Source: Octopus vulgaris
Lineage: Eukaryota
Assembly (NCBI GenBank): GCA_951406725.2
Contig: OX597826.1
Span: 3,100,001 to 3,164,000, forward strand
DNA length: 64,000 nucleotides
Reading direction: 5' to 3'
Part shown: one piece after another, positions 28,218 to 43,336 of the stretch
Layout of the letters: every line of letters starts with the position of its first letter
How positions within the stretch are numbered: position 1 is the first letter of the stretch
Position numbers and translations under genes: made by a program
Notes under the pieces: generated by a model
Databases searched by the model: none
Seen by the model: only the letters and a program-made list of their open reading frames with translations
Told to the model about the DNA's origin: nothing

Positions 28218-29020
28218 AAATTGATATTAATCAATTAAAACCAGTAGCTTAGGATATTTTATAAAAATCTGAAGATTAAAAATTGTGTTACATACATAAT
28301 TTAGAGTAATGACCACTAAAGTGGACAGCCTATATGCTAAACATAGACGTCAAATCGCCATTACCACGAAGAATGTGTTCTCAAGAAAAAAAATCAAAAT
28401 GTAAAAATATGCAAGACAAATGAAGATATTCGAAGTAAAAAAAAAACCGGTTACCTATGTACCATTGGTTTCATATATATGAACACGCAAATATCTGCAA
28501 CATGATCAGCATCGTATGTCGTTTTCAAAAAATTTCCAGAAGTTGATACATAACGGTCAACCAAAATTTCTACAATTTATATTTGGGTGTATCTTTCAAA
28601 TGCCTTCACTTTGGCGCGATGAGATCGGAAATTACTCTGAAGTTAATTAATTACAGCAGTCAACTTACCTGTTAGAGAAGATTTTTTTTATTTAAAATTA
28701 AATAATAAGGGTAGACATTGATGTTAATCAATTAAAACAAGTGTCTTAGCATATTAAAAAAAAAATCCGAAGATTAAAAATTGTGTTACATACAAAATTT
28801 AGAGGAATGACCACTAAAGTGGACACCCTTTATGCTAAACATAGACGTATTTCGTATATTTTTATTTCGTATATTTCATTTGTTTTGCTTATTTATACAG
28901 TTTGGCTCTGCTGAGATTTTTCTTGAGAACACTTTCTTCATATCATGACGATTTGACGTCTAGGTTTAACATTATGGGTGTCCACTGTAGTGGTCATTCC
29001 TTTAAATTTTGTATATATAT
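28218..29020 (-). mobile_element. Composite PLE-like pLTR array (two direct copies and one inverted) with hammerhead remnant
   Basis: 28220-28351 repeats at 28718-28848; inverted copy at ~28920-29015; remnant TACGATG-CTGATCA..GAAA-CCAATGG-TA at 28452-28516 on the minus strand. Confidence 0.7.
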
Positions 29021-29949
29021 GCATGTATGTATATATATATATATATATCATATTTTATGTTTTATTCCCTGGACTGCGGTTATGCTGGAGAATTACCTTG
29101 AAGAGTTCTACCCTAACATATCGTCTCCATGGCTATTTTTAAAGTCTGGTTCTATCTGACACTTATACCCACAAACATTTACAGGGAAGTAAACAGAACA
29201 AAACTTGATATAAAGTGGTACTGCAGAAAACACATACATACAAATAGTTTCTTTTTCCCAAAAATACTCATAGGGTTTTAGTCGGCGCGAGTCTATATTG
29301 GAAGATATATCTAATGTGTCGCGCAGTAGCATAAATTGCGAACGATGCAGTTGACAAGCAAGCTTCTTACAACACAATCATTCCTCCGCCTTTATTTTCG
29401 AAGCTCCCGGCTAACGAACACACACACACTCGTAGAGTCAGATGTATATCCAAGAATCTTTGGAGGATCATATTGAGAGTGGCTCCGAAAGTTCTGGAGT
29501 TTTATGACATTTCGGCACTATCAATACCAAAAATCTAGCCCCGTTGGCCAAACTGGGTTTGATACTTAATCATATTCCTAAAATTTATCAGCAATAACGA
29601 CGGTCCTCACAATTCAACCATACCCACATTTTGCCCTCTCTGCAAATTTGGTGATGAAATATATACTTTTTGCTATTCCAGGGAATTTTCCACTAGCCAT
29701 TGACTTGTTATTCGGTGAAAGTTTAGTTTGTAGTGAGAGAAGTGGTGAAGTTAATGATTTCCAACACTAATGATCTTTTCACTACAATGGACTTTCACGG
29801 TTTGAAAGGAATCCTTGCCCGTAAGAGAAGCCTCTTCCGCCAGTAACTGATGATGTTGCTGCTGTCAAGTTACACGCACGCACACACACACACACACACG
29901 CGCGCGCGCGCGGACACTAACACACACACACAAAATTACATGAATATAT

Positions 29950-30166
29950 ATCTTCTCATTTACTTATGTCAGTCATTTAACTTCGGTCACACTGGAGCAC
30001 TGACTTTATTTGAGACGAAGAATTCAACCCCGGTACTTATACTTTTGTAAGCCTTGTACTTAGTCTATCGGTCGTGTTGGTCGAATCATTAACTTACGGG
30101 TAATTAAAGACTCCAACATCGGTTGTCAAGCGATGGTGGCGGTACAAACACAGACACAAAGACACG

Positions 30167-30224
<58 letters not shown>

Positions 30225-30375
30225 TATATATAGGACGGGCTTCTTTTCAATTTCTGTCTACTAAATCCACTCACAAAGATATAGTAGAAGACCCTTGCCC
30301 AAGGTAAGACGCTGTCGAACTGAATCCGGAACAATGTGGTTTAGAAGTAAGCTTCTTACCACACATCTACGCATG
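29950..30375 (-). mobile_element. SINE group A
   Basis: Colinear with the reverse complement of 7841-8245. Confidence 0.85.
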
Positions 30376-31293
30376 AGCCAACACACAAACACAGATAGAC
30401 AGATAAATAGATAGGTAGATACATACATATATACATACATACATGCGTTTAAATGCATGTATATTCCTTCTTACATCTTTTTAGAGACAGTTAGCTGCTT
30501 TAGTTTGCACTTCATTTATTTGACTATACGTAAACCACGCTTCATAAAAGTGGACTTGGAATTTTTCCAAGAGAATTACGACCTAATTCAGTCAAACTCC
30601 ATTTTCAGTTCAAATCCATTCATGAAAACATTTGCATTCATCGTTACAATTTTGTTATTATAATTACCAGTTATATATTCAAGTTTTGTAATATAGATAA
30701 ACCGCATCTTTTAAAAGCTGGCTTTGAGGCAATACAATTTGTATATTCAGACATGAAAATAGAAATCCATTATTTGTTGAGCAACTGGTATTTTGAATAA
30801 ACTCGTCAAACTATATTTTCCTGATATCGAACTTAACCTCTTTTGAGGATTGCGTTTATAGCATATATGATAAAGAGTTGATACATAAACTCTGGATACG
30901 TTTATGATGCAGCATCAGTAACCCAAACATACATCAATCAGGAGATCATATAGCAATTATATGATGCTGCAATTCATAAATTTTGCGCATTGCATACAAA
31001 AAAGATAGAACCAAACAGATGTAGATTATTACAGCCGAACGGATATTATTTGGTATTTTATTCTAGAAATTTACGAGGATTTCCAGTTATGAGTGTGTGG
31101 CATAGAATACAATAGTATATGAACATACTTTACCATTATCACGTTGGTTGTGACATCTTTTCTGGGAACAATCCTTTCCGCACTTAATCTTCATATACTG
31201 TGTTAGTTCTAAGCTGACGTTTTCCTTTTATACTATAAATAAGAATTTCTGTTTCATTCTTTTCATTTCTAGAGTCCACACAAATACACACAA

Positions 31294-31399
<106 letters not shown>

Positions 31400-31537
31400 T
31401 GCATACACTCATAAATAGGCACATATATATACATATATGTATGTGTAAAGTATATATATATATATATATATATATATCACAACGATATATACGTACAGCG
31501 ATACATCTATCTATCTATCTCTCTATCTATCGGTCTA

Positions 31538-31633
<96 letters not shown>

Positions 31634-32397
31634 CTAACTTCTTGACTTAATTTGAACAATCAAAACAATAGTAATCAATTTACATGTCTAGATGCTTCTT
31701 TTAAACAATTTTTATCCTGAAAAAAACCAGTTGCTTTTCTTTTAAATTGAAAAAGAGGAGAAAGTGCATATGAAATGGATGTGTGTGTGCACCTGTGTGT
31801 GTTAGTGAGTGAGGGGGAGGAGGACAGAATGCCACATACACATACATGAGGGCACACGCGTTCACTCACACACACTCGCTCACTCTCACTCACACAGACA
31901 TGCACACGTACATATAAAAAAGATGTACGCATATGCATCGATGTATGTTCGCATACATGACAACATACCTCCTCACTCACTCTCTAACGAACACGGGATG
32001 ATGAAATCACATCCAGTTAAAAATATTTCTAAATGAATAGAATTTTGTGTAGGTCAAAAACACGACGTTTTGTTATTTTTTCTTAGAGAGCTCGAAGACT
32101 GTGTGTGTGTATATGTCACCGATAGAGGAGGTGTGTTTGTGTTGATTGACACGCCATAGCATTCAATTATGTGTATATTCATTATGTGTGTATGTCTGCT
32201 GACCTCAAGTAATAACAAGCAAAAGTGGTGTTTAATCTTTTAAGTAGAGGCCCAAATGTCACAAAAATATTTACTGCTGAAGGTAAGTATGAAAATAAAT
32301 ATCTAAAAAGAGTTAAAATATAATATACTACTTGAGATATTTGCGTTACACACAAGCATCACTAAAGTTTTAATATTATTGAGATATATAATATATA

Positions 32398-32616
32398 TTC
32401 TTTTATTATTTTTTATTTTAAATATTTCAGTCATTTGAACTGCATCCATGCTGGAGCACCGCCTATAATCGAACAAAGCGAGTCCGAAACTTATTCTTTG
32501 TAAATTTAGAACTTATTCTATCTTTCTCTTTTTCAGAACCGCTACGTTATGGGGATGTAAATAGACTAATATCGGTTGCCAAGCGATGGTGGGTGAACAA
32601 ACCCTGACGCATAAAA

Positions 32617-32672
<56 letters not shown>

Positions 32673-32825
32673 GACGAGCCTCTTTCGGTTTCGATCTATC
32701 AGATTCGCTCGCAAGGGTTTGGTCGGCCCGAGAGTATAGTAGAAGACATTCCTCCACGGTGAAACTGAACCTTGAACCTCATATGGTTGGGGATCTTGTT
32801 TCTTACTACATAGCTACTCCTGCAG
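32398..32825 (-). mobile_element. SINE group A
   Basis: Colinear with the reverse complement of 7841-8245. Confidence 0.85.
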
Positions 32826-33847
32826 CTATGTGTGTGTGAGTGAGTGTGTGTTTGTTTTTGTTTGTTTGTGTCTCTGTGTGTATGTATTTGCATATATATA
32901 TATATATATCGTAGTGTGATTGTAGGCCTAAAGTAGTAAAGACAAAGCTTTCACTGCTACATCCTTCAGGGAAATAGGATACAAGTTGACAGTTCGAAAA
33001 GGTGAGAAGAGTGTAAAATTACCTCTACTCGAATTGCAGGTGTTTATTGTATAAATTGTGCAACTTATTCATATTTGATATTTTCTATGCTTACAGATAA
33101 CAGGGACCATTTTAAAAATGAAGTAAGAGGTAGACTGATAAGATTTATGAATGTGATTTAAATAATGCATACAATAATATTAAACAAAGCAAAAACCTAT
33201 TTTCCGTGCAACGTTCTGTACTTAGTTATATAAGACAAGAATAAGATTTAATGAAAGTATTTAACATAAACTTCCATTTGCAGCAAGAAAGCACATTAGG
33301 AGACAAGATTTAGAAGAAAATAAATTTATACAACGTATGTAATTTCTGATTTTTAAGCATAATATCGCACAAACTCCCAGATATTTCTGTGCTTCTATTA
33401 AGGAGCGGCCCAGTTCAAATGTGTTATGCATTAAGGTGCAAAACAGCTTAAACCACTTATATCTGAAGTTATGTAATTTCTTCTCGAATTTCTCATTTAG
33501 TCTTCAAAGCATAGAGGTAGCTAATTTATATCAAATTTCGAGCTCAGCTTTCTCTAAATAGAATTTCTAAATTCTTTTAAAATATAAACAACTCGTGTTT
33601 TATGTGAAAAATAAAAGGAAAATCATTTAATAGAAAAATGAAAGAAACGGTAAAATATTTTTCTCTTTTATAATAATTATTATTGATTTTGGCTTGAAAG
33701 TGTGTTTCTTCAATTCATAAAGGTATTTTAATATTATTTTTAAAATTTACAAAAACTGTTTAACAAATGTATTTTCTCTAAAAGTGTCAAATGAATTATA
33801 ATTTCAGATTTGTTTTTACGTTTGTTATAATTTTGTGTCAGTTTGAG

Positions 33848-33882
<35 letters not shown>

Positions 33883-33925
33883 GATAGATAGAGAGATAGA
33901 GAGATAGAGAGATAGATAGATAGAG

Positions 33926-33956
<31 letters not shown>

Positions 33957-34003
33957 GAAATAGATAGATAGATAGATATATAGATGGATAGATAGATAGA
34001 GAA

Positions 34004-34042
<39 letters not shown>

Positions 34043-34045
34043 TAT

Positions 34046-34086
<41 letters not shown>

Positions 34087-34125
34087 TAGAGAGAGAGAGA
34101 GAGAGAGAGATGGAGAGATAGAAAG
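33848..34125. repeat. (GATA)n/(TA)n/(GA)n compound microsatellite
   Basis: Direct reading. Confidence 0.95.
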
Positions 34126-35764
34126 TGAAAGAGACGAGAGGCAGACAGAAATAAAGTAATGCTACATTTCCATACGTCATTTTAGATTAAGACCCATCTA
34201 AAACTAAATTTCAAATCGCAATTATCTGTAACCTTAGTGACTCGCAGTTTGAACATCCATTAATGTGTGTAATAACTATTAATTTACATTATACATTATT
34301 AAAAAATATCACTAAAGGTGTTGGCGAGCAAAATTTAGAAAAGCCAATCTGTGCTGTGCTTGTTGACGCAAACACTCTACGACCGCATATAAACACAAAT
34401 GGAACAACAGAACCATAACATTGTATAAGATACAAACAGAAATTAGTTAAATATATGATCAAGTACATTAATGTATGACAATAATTTAAACGTTAGAGTG
34501 ACGACAATGGCAGTATAATACAATATGTGCTGAACAATCAATGATAACACTTTTAGAAATATACATATATATATATATATATAAATATATATATAAAAGA
34601 ACACATGCATATATAAAATAGTCATTCAGAGATTTCGATCTCAGTACGCACTTAATTTTTGTCTTTTTCACTGGTCGAGAAAATATTCCGATTATTTTAT
34701 TTCCACTAAAAGTCATACTGCAGCAGTGACAAATTGTTGTGCCGTGGCATCTGAGAAGCACAAAGTTGGCAACTAACTAGCAAGAAGTAGAAATCGCATA
34801 TTATTATGTTTTTAAAACAACGGAAAATATAAGTATGTAAAATATATAATGTGTGACCAAAAAGTGTTGATCATTTGTAAATCGCTTTTTATCATAGAAC
34901 TGCTCAACTGCAGTAGATTTGTAGTGCGGCAACAACGTGAAATTTTGTACAATATCGGAACCAACAAATTTTAAATTAATTTCAATAAAGTCAGAAAGCC
35001 TGAAGTATTTGGAACAATTGTTATTTAAATTAACCATAGTGTTTCACTGTTACTTTATTTTGCCGACGGTCTTATGTGAATAGTTTTCAAAGTTTAGGTT
35101 AATAGAATCGGAATCTCCCCAATAGAACGTGAGGATCAGAAAATTTCATTGGCATTTTCTGCTATGCCTTAACGACCCTGCCACTCTGCTCCTCCTTAGA
35201 ATTCTTGATTGTTGCTTCTGATTTCTGATTTGAGGCTGAAGGTCATCGGTTCTGACGGCAAGGAGTTTTGATGTCACCTTCTACGCCAGTAGTTGATTGC
35301 AGCTTACTTTAAACCATACAAAGCTGGAAGACGATTTTGACGTAGAACTTCAGTTCCTCAGCAACAAACTTCAATTTACCATCAACAGCGAGGAACTGAA
35401 ACCAGCGACGCATCGGTGTCCCATTGTTGCAATGGCAGTCGCTAATACGGTTTAAGTCCCAGCCTTGTGAGTCTTATGTTTCATGATTAATCTAAGTTCA
35501 TGTCAAGCGAAAGTGGACAAAAGGCACAAACGGCCCGGAAGGGATCAGTTCTCAGATCGAAAACGGCAAAACATTTTTCTTACGTTCTAGCGTTCAGTCA
35601 ATCCATTAGGTTTCATATTTTGGTACAAATCCAGAAATTTTAGTAGAGGGGATAATTCTATTATATGAATTCCTTTACCCCAAAATTAAGTAAAGCAAAG
35701 CCAACCTCAGCGGCATTTGAACACAAGACGTAATACCGCTACTCATTTTTCGTTCCTATGTACT

Positions 35765-36150
35765 TTTCCAATCTAGGTACAGGGCCCGAGAAGTGGGGGC
35801 AGTCGATTAGATCCACTTCAGTACAAAACTGGTACTTAATTTATCGAACCTGATATGATGAAAGGCAAAGTCAACCTCGGCGGAATCTGAACTCAGAACG
35901 TAAAGACAATCGCATTACCTATTTCTTTACTACACACAGAGGGCTAAACACAGAGAGGACAAACAAGGACCGACAAACGGATTAAGTCGATCATATCGAC
36001 CCCAGTGCGTAACTGGTACTTAATTTATCGACCCCGAAAGGATGAAAGGCAAAGTCGACCTTGACGGAATAGGAACTCAGAACGTAACGGCAGACGAAAT
36101 ACCGCTAAGCATTTCGTCTGGCATGCTAACGTTTCTGCCAGTTCGCCGCC
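35765..36150 (-). mobile_element. SINE group B dimer
   Basis: Head ggcggcgaactggcagaaacgttagc at 36150; two central units. Confidence 0.85.
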
Positions 36151-36574
36151 TTTTTTCTTTCGTATATTAATATACAGAATAAGACATAATCAAGAAAATC
36201 TCTAATGAAATGTATTTCAGTATATAGCATCATATCTCTACAATTTGACATCGAGTAGTCTCCAGTCGGACTGTATTTTCCTGCTCGTCTTACCTTAATT
36301 TTATAGTTTTTTTTCATAATTGTATTTTGTATAATGATATTTAGTATAATTGTATTCCAATATATCATAAAGTGGAGTTACGTTGTCTTCGTATATTTCA
36401 TTATGTAATTTGAAAGGATAAAGAAGATAAGCTTTCAAGAAGAAGGTAATTGAGAGGAATTACATTTTTTCTTTTATTTGTATAGAAATGTTGCATGTTT
36501 ATTGATAATGAGAAAATAATGTGAAGAGACCGCAATTCTCGAAGGGAATAATTTGTATCAGTTAAGGAGAGGAG

Positions 36575-36740
36575 ATGGCAGAGTCATTTGCCCGTTCTGA
36601 CGTCAAATTGCGCCGAGATCGACTATGCTCTTCATTCTCTCGTGGCCAATAGCATAAGTACCAGCTGAACATTGGAGCCGATGTAATCGACCTTCACCCT
36701 CCGTCGAACTTGTTGGCTTGTGCTAAAATTTGAAACCAAT
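36575..36740 (+). mobile_element. SINE group B, diverged
   Basis: cgttctgacgtcaaattgcgccgagatcgact...aagtaccag...gatgtaatcgac. Confidence 0.6.
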
Positions 36741-37171
36741 AAGAAAATAATTATCGTCTTTAGAAACTCACAAAAAATCTGTTTCCGCATGATGAAACAC
36801 GTATAAAAACCAAAACTAAAGAATTTTAAATAAAAACTCACGTTGCAGATTCACTTCGTAACTTCTTATAAAAATGGTTACATACTTGATTAAATGTGAA
36901 AGTCACAAAAATTGTCACGTTGTGTTTCATCATATACCGCTTTGTAACAAATGAATTAAGTGCCGATGCATGTATTTCTATCGTTGGTAAAAAACGACAA
37001 ACATCTGCCACCGCGAGCATTAAACTACTACTACTCTTTGTTGTCTACATCACCTGTCTTCATCTTTTGTTTTTTTTTGTGAATTTTCCCCTAATTATTT
37101 TATTTACTCAGACGAAAGATAAGCTTATACACTTATCGAGCGGTAGATGTAGTTTAGTTAATGAAATGTAA

Positions 37172-37412
37172 TACTTTCTTTTACCTGTTTCAATCATTTC
37201 GACTGCGGCCATGATACAGCACCACTTTGAAAGATTTTTCATGAACGAATCGACCCCAGCACATATTTTTTAAAGCGTAGTACTTATTCTGTAAGTTATA
37301 TTTGACGAACTGATAAGTTACCGGGACATAAAACCACCTATACCGTTTGTCAGATGGTGATGTGGGACAAATACAGTACAAAGAATCACACACATAGCTA
37401 TGTACACACACA

Positions 37413-37450
<38 letters not shown>

Positions 37451-37650
37451 TACACACAGACACACACACAGACACATACACACACATATACACATATATC
37501 AGCTTCTGTTTACAAAATACACTCACATGGCTTTAGTCGGTCCGAGTGTTTACAATTGAAGACACTTTCTCAAGGTGTCACACTGTGGAACTGAACCTGG
37601 AACCATGTGATTGGAAAGGAAGCTTCTTACCTCTCAACCGCATCTGTGCC
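37172..37650 (-). mobile_element. SINE group A
   Basis: Colinear with the reverse complement of 7841-8245. Confidence 0.8.
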
Positions 37651-37665
37651 TCAACTGTCTGAGAT

Positions 37666-37919
37666 ACTTACAACAAACGGTCACCCAACTAAGAACTATC
37701 TACAGTTCTATATTTAAGAGATTAGGAGTTATCTATATTATTTACATTATTTACATTATTTATATTTGACGGATATTTCTCCTCAAGATGAGGACAAATA
37801 TCCGTCAAATATAAATAATGTAAATAATGTAAATAATGTAAGAACTAACTAGACTCGGCGTTGCTTAACTTCAGTGATAGGACCAGAACCGATGCATTCA
37901 ACGTGATATGGCCATATGC
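37666..37919 (-). pseudogene. 5S rRNA pseudogene interrupted by an insertion
   Basis: Minus strand GCATATGGCCATATCACGTTGAATGCATCGGTTCTGGTCCTATCACTGAAGTTAAGCAACGCCGAGTCTAGTTAGTTCTTA[insert]GTTGGGTGACCG..TGTTGTAAG follows the molluscan 5S sequence, with a deletion near the 3' end. Confidence 0.9.
37699..37838. mobile_element. Palindromic mini insertion with 9 bp TSD (same family as 48916-49269)
   Basis: TAAGAACTA at 37690-37698 and 37839-37847; inverted atttgacggatattt / aaatatccgtcaaat. Confidence 0.8.
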
Positions 37920-37929
37920 AATACTTACA

Positions 37930-38320
37930 CTATTTCGTCTGTCTTTACGTTCTGAGTTCAAATTCTGCCGAGGTCGACTTTGCCTTTCATCTTTTCGGGG
38001 TTCATAAGTTAAGAACCAGTTTAATACTGGGGTCGATCTAATCGACAAGGTATTTCCCCAAAAATTCCAGCCCTTGTGCCTAGAGTAGAAGAGATTATTT
38101 GTAAAATAGGTAGCTGGCAGAACCGTTAGCACACCAGACCAAATACTTAGCGGCATTTCATCCGTCTTGACGTCCTGAGTTCAAATGCCACCTATGTTAA
38201 CTTTGACTCTCAGCCTCTCAGCGTCGATAAAACAAGTACCAGCTATACACTGGGGTCAACGTAATCGACGTATCCCCATTGCAGAACTTGCTGGTCAAGT
38301 ACCAATATTTGAAACAAATA
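37930..38320 (+). mobile_element. SINE group B, two adjacent copies
   Basis: Units at ~37930-38100 and ~38108-38320 with gttcaaat B-box-like motif. Confidence 0.8.
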
Positions 38321-38756
38321 TGTATTCTTTTGTACTCACTTTTTTCCGTAGTGTTACTCTTTACAATTTTTAGCATAAAATTCATGTAACTGAAATTTCA
38401 ACATGCCGCCGCAAAACATTTCACCCCTCACAAATTAATTAAAATCATTTGATATGCCAACTCCTATATGACGCGCATAACAGCATCAACAACACCATCT
38501 GATAATGAAGGAAGAGGACAGATTAAAGATATACAAAAATAGGGAGAGGGAAAGAGGGTAAAGAGTAACAGGCAGCAACACGAAGCAGTAAACTCTTTGC
38601 AGAAATTTCACACCTTGCAGTAACAGGAGTAATGGTGTTAGCTACAAGCAAATCAAAAATCCAGGTGCAAAAAATGGAGACAATTAACCTGAATTTTATC
38701 TAAAATCTATCAATTTATCTTAAATCACACACACTCACACACACATGCACATAACT

Positions 38757-38830
38757 GCTTCGGTAGCGCAGTAGGCAGCGCGTCAGTCTCATAATCGGAA
38801 GGTCATCAGTTCGATCCTCAACTGGTCGCA
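38757..38830 (+). tRNA. Elongator tRNA-Met (CAT), probably a pseudogene
   Basis: GCTTCGGTAGCGCAGTAGGCAGCGCGTCAGTCTCATAATCGGAAGGTCATCAGTTCGATCCTC; anticodon CAT at 38790-38792; mismatches in anticodon, T and acceptor stems; TTTT follows. Confidence 0.85.
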
Positions 38831-38842
38831 GACTTTTAAATG

Positions 38843-39346
<504 letters not shown>

Positions 39347-39829
39347 TATATACATCCAAGCATATGCACGTATAGTAATGACATTACTTTTTTCGAAAGA
39401 AGTATCATTTGAAATTATACAGGATTTCTTATAGACGTCATGGGATTTCACATGGACTTTTCTCTGTCCGCAATATTGCTTTTCTCATCGTAGTATTGTT
39501 ACATTATTTTAATAATTCACTTTCAATGTCAGAGGCTAATTTGTTTCCTTTCCGGCTTAAGTAAATACAAACAAAATTGTTGCACACGTGTCAAATATTT
39601 CTTGGTGGCCTCGCATGTAAATGTGTGTTTAACACCTCTCTGCTTCTCGAAGCAGTTTAGCAAAGAAAACTGCATGTGTTCAAGGAAACTAATTTGATTC
39701 AGCAGTGAATAATCGAGTAATTTTCCTGAGGCTTGTGTTGTTAAGAGGTTGAATTATATGAAAATATGTTCAAGTCACTTTTCAGATGGTTCAAAGTAAA
39801 TGAAAACTAAATTTGTAGGCACGAAATGA

Positions 39830-40260
39830 ATGTAATTAAATCATCCATACTAAAACAATTACCTATAACTAATGACATATGCATGATTCCGGCCAACTTT
39901 GTGAACACCATGTCAACAGTTCCATCAGACATCACAAATACCAACCCCGTGTTAACGTTTTTTCGCGGCAGTTAAGGCCTGTTCTAACGGCCATTTGACA
40001 GCATTGAACCAATAGCCACCTGCAATGTTTTGGCAACTCAGTTTATTTCCGGCTGTATAATTGATGTGCTAACGTTACTAAAATGATAGAGTTCCATTTC
40101 ACTAAGTTTCTAGCAAATCAAACCACGGCAGAGGTCAGCTTTATGACCGTTGTGTAGTTTCAAAACAGCTCTTGCTCTTAGGACTAGCCTTTTAATTGAA
40201 GGTTTCCAGCAATGACCTTCGCGTGCATACTTTTTACTGACATAACATATCGAGGGTTTT
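39830..40260 (-). mobile_element. Highly decayed Tc1 transposase N-terminal region
   Basis: Frameshifted ADL..KLSE, VAKTLQVAIGSMLS, TGLNCR, LTWCSQ appear in Tc1 order; weak. Confidence 0.3.
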
Positions 40261-40624
40261 AATTATCTTGTTTAACCTCAGAGTGTCGTTCGTTGGCAAT
40301 TTGACGACTCCGTCACTCTTTTGTCTTCGGTGTAAAGAAAAGAGATCGTGCATCAATGGTTTGTAAACATCCACTTGTGGAGGACACATATAATATCGGA
40401 CAGGGTTAAATAGGTGTTATCAAATGCGAGTCAAATCAAGCACAGTTGCTCCAGTTCAAATTATACAATACGTTGCTGTATACGAAAAAACACAAAAATC
40501 GTTGTTAAATAAAATGTAATTTCTTAACACATCTTCAGAGATTTAATTTTCTATTAAATCTCAAATGATTTATCAGACAACAAGAAAAACGATATAGATG
40601 TTCGATATTTAAGAAACATAAGCT

Positions 40625-40694
<70 letters not shown>

Positions 40695-41171
40695 CACACA
40701 CATACATACACTCATATATACCTGAATAGATGTTTGTATGAATGTATACATATATGTACGGATGTGTATATCCAAGTATGTATGTAAATGTGTGTGTGTA
40801 TATATATATGTTTTTTCATAAGCAACGGAATTATCTTACTGTTTTCTTCAAGATCAGATATTTGTAAACATTTTTTTGATATCATTTTTTATATTCTGAA
40901 ATTTAATCAACGTATCTGACAGCTTTAAAGTTGGTTAATTAATTTAAGTTTGAGTAGCTAACACATTTTATTCTGTTGCTTTTAGCTTTGTCAAGGCCGT
41001 CAGGATTTATGTGTGCACTATTTGTAGAGAAAGGCGAAACAAATTATACGACGGTATCCACTTTACATATATATCATGTCATCGAAGTAACAAACATACA
41101 ATTTCCAACTGAGTGTGATTATAGGTATGTTAATGAGTATATATATGCATATATATGCATGTATGTGTATG

Positions 41172-41228
<57 letters not shown>

Positions 41229-41289
41229 ATATATATATATATATATACATACATATACATACATGCATACATATATATATATATCCTGT

Positions 41290-42286
41290 GTGAGCGTGTA
41301 TAGGTTACATAAAATCAGAAAACAAAGTCAAAGCAGTGTAAAATTTCTTGGACATTTTATAAAGAGAAAGGTAGTCAGCTGTTTCAAGGATATAAAAGAC
41401 ATCCCATCATCAGAGACGATATCAGAGAGATAAACCGAAGGAAATAGGAGAGTTCAATAGAAGAAGTTATTTTGGGAAGACAGAGATTTAGGAATTATAA
41501 AGGGAAATAGCTTCTTATATCCCTGAAACGGATGTATAACTACCATTCTCTTTACAAAATGTCCTTGAAATTTTACAATACAATATTCTTAAGATTACAA
41601 GCCTGGGAAATTACAGGACAAGTGATTATACTTGGAAAAGTTCTGGACAACTTATTACATTTGGTAAAGTACAAAACAACAAAATTCTTAGTTAAAATAT
41701 TACAACTAAGGATATAATTTCAAATAAAATGTTTAATTTAAATTTAGAAAATATTAGCTTTTATTAAAACTAAAAGTTTAATTACAAGTTATTACTCCCT
41801 TTGTAATTATTTGTTACTTCAATTACAATTAAAAATGATTCAATTGAAATATATGTTGCCCTTTTAAATAATTCTTTTTTTAATTATTAATCAAAAATTA
41901 GAAATTTGAAAATAGGTTATAAAATATAATAGTAGGCCATAATCAGTTAGTACAATAAATAGAATAATTCAAAAATTAGTTATATGTTACACTTAAATCT
42001 ACCTATAACAACAAATTCAAAGTAAAATTTGCTTGAGTTACTGCCTAAGTCATTGCCAAATCTTCACATTTGTAGTCTTGACCCAATGCCTATTTTTTAC
42101 ATAATGAATTTTTCTACTACGTATACTATTCTACATTGCATAAAACGTTCGCTATATTGGTACATTTGGCTCACATTTGTTTAAGTATTCTAGTGTGTCA
42201 ATATTTTAACAAAATGATGTTGCCTTTTTCCTTAATTAAGTTAAATCGCAATACTACTCAGTGGGTGTGTATATATATACATATAC

Positions 42287-42370
<84 letters not shown>

Positions 42371-42509
42371 CAATTGCAAACGTGGACGTTGTTTGTAAGC
42401 CATTTAAGAAACACATAAGCCGTTCGATTCACTTCAACATTTAAGTTTAATTTGTCAAAATATTTTCGTTGCTATAGTACCGCGAGCTGTTCACTGACAA
42501 AAATCCGTG

Positions 42510-42599
<90 letters not shown>

Positions 42600-42640
42600 C
42601 ATATATATACATATATATATATACATATACCTATATCTAT

Positions 42641-42695
<55 letters not shown>

Positions 42696-43282
42696 TATAC
42701 ATATATATGTGTACATAAATATATATTTATATATATATATATAGAGAGAGAGCGACACTGTGTAGTATTGCGATATAACAGTGGCGACGAGGATTTCGTA
42801 GCTCACACACCCACTTTGCAATATTGCGATATAACAGTGTCGACGAGGTTTCGAATAGTACCGAAATGGAAGAGTTACTGAAAGCAGTTGTAAAATAACA
42901 ACAGCTGCAGCAGCAGCAACAACAACTACAGAAGTTGACAGAATTGTTACTGCAGTAGAGAAATACGACAGAAACATTTTCAGCAGATGGTGTTGCAAAT
43001 TCCATCGACGAATTTCACTACAATCCGGATGAAAGAAACTGACATTCTGTCTCTCCATTTACTCCTCTGTCTATGGTCTTTCTATCACTCTTGTTTTCTC
43101 TCTCTCACTGTCTCTCTCTAACTCTCTCTTTCTGTCTTTCCCTCCTTGTCTACCTATCTATCTATCTATCTTTCCCCCTCTCACTGTATATCTATATATC
43201 TATATCTATATCTATATCTATCTATCTATATATATATATACACACATACATACACACTTATTTTTACTTCCATTTCTACCCC

Positions 43283-43336
<54 letters not shown>

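Noticed and set aside
29440-29760. Minus-strand MASGKFPG, possible LINE RT remnant
   Set aside because: One short motif with many stops; insufficient evidence
32080-33130. Splice-like signals (AAG/GTAAGT at ~32283; ttacag..gtaaga micro-exon at ~33097-33122)
   Set aside because: No coding support; such motifs are expected by chance without RNA evidence
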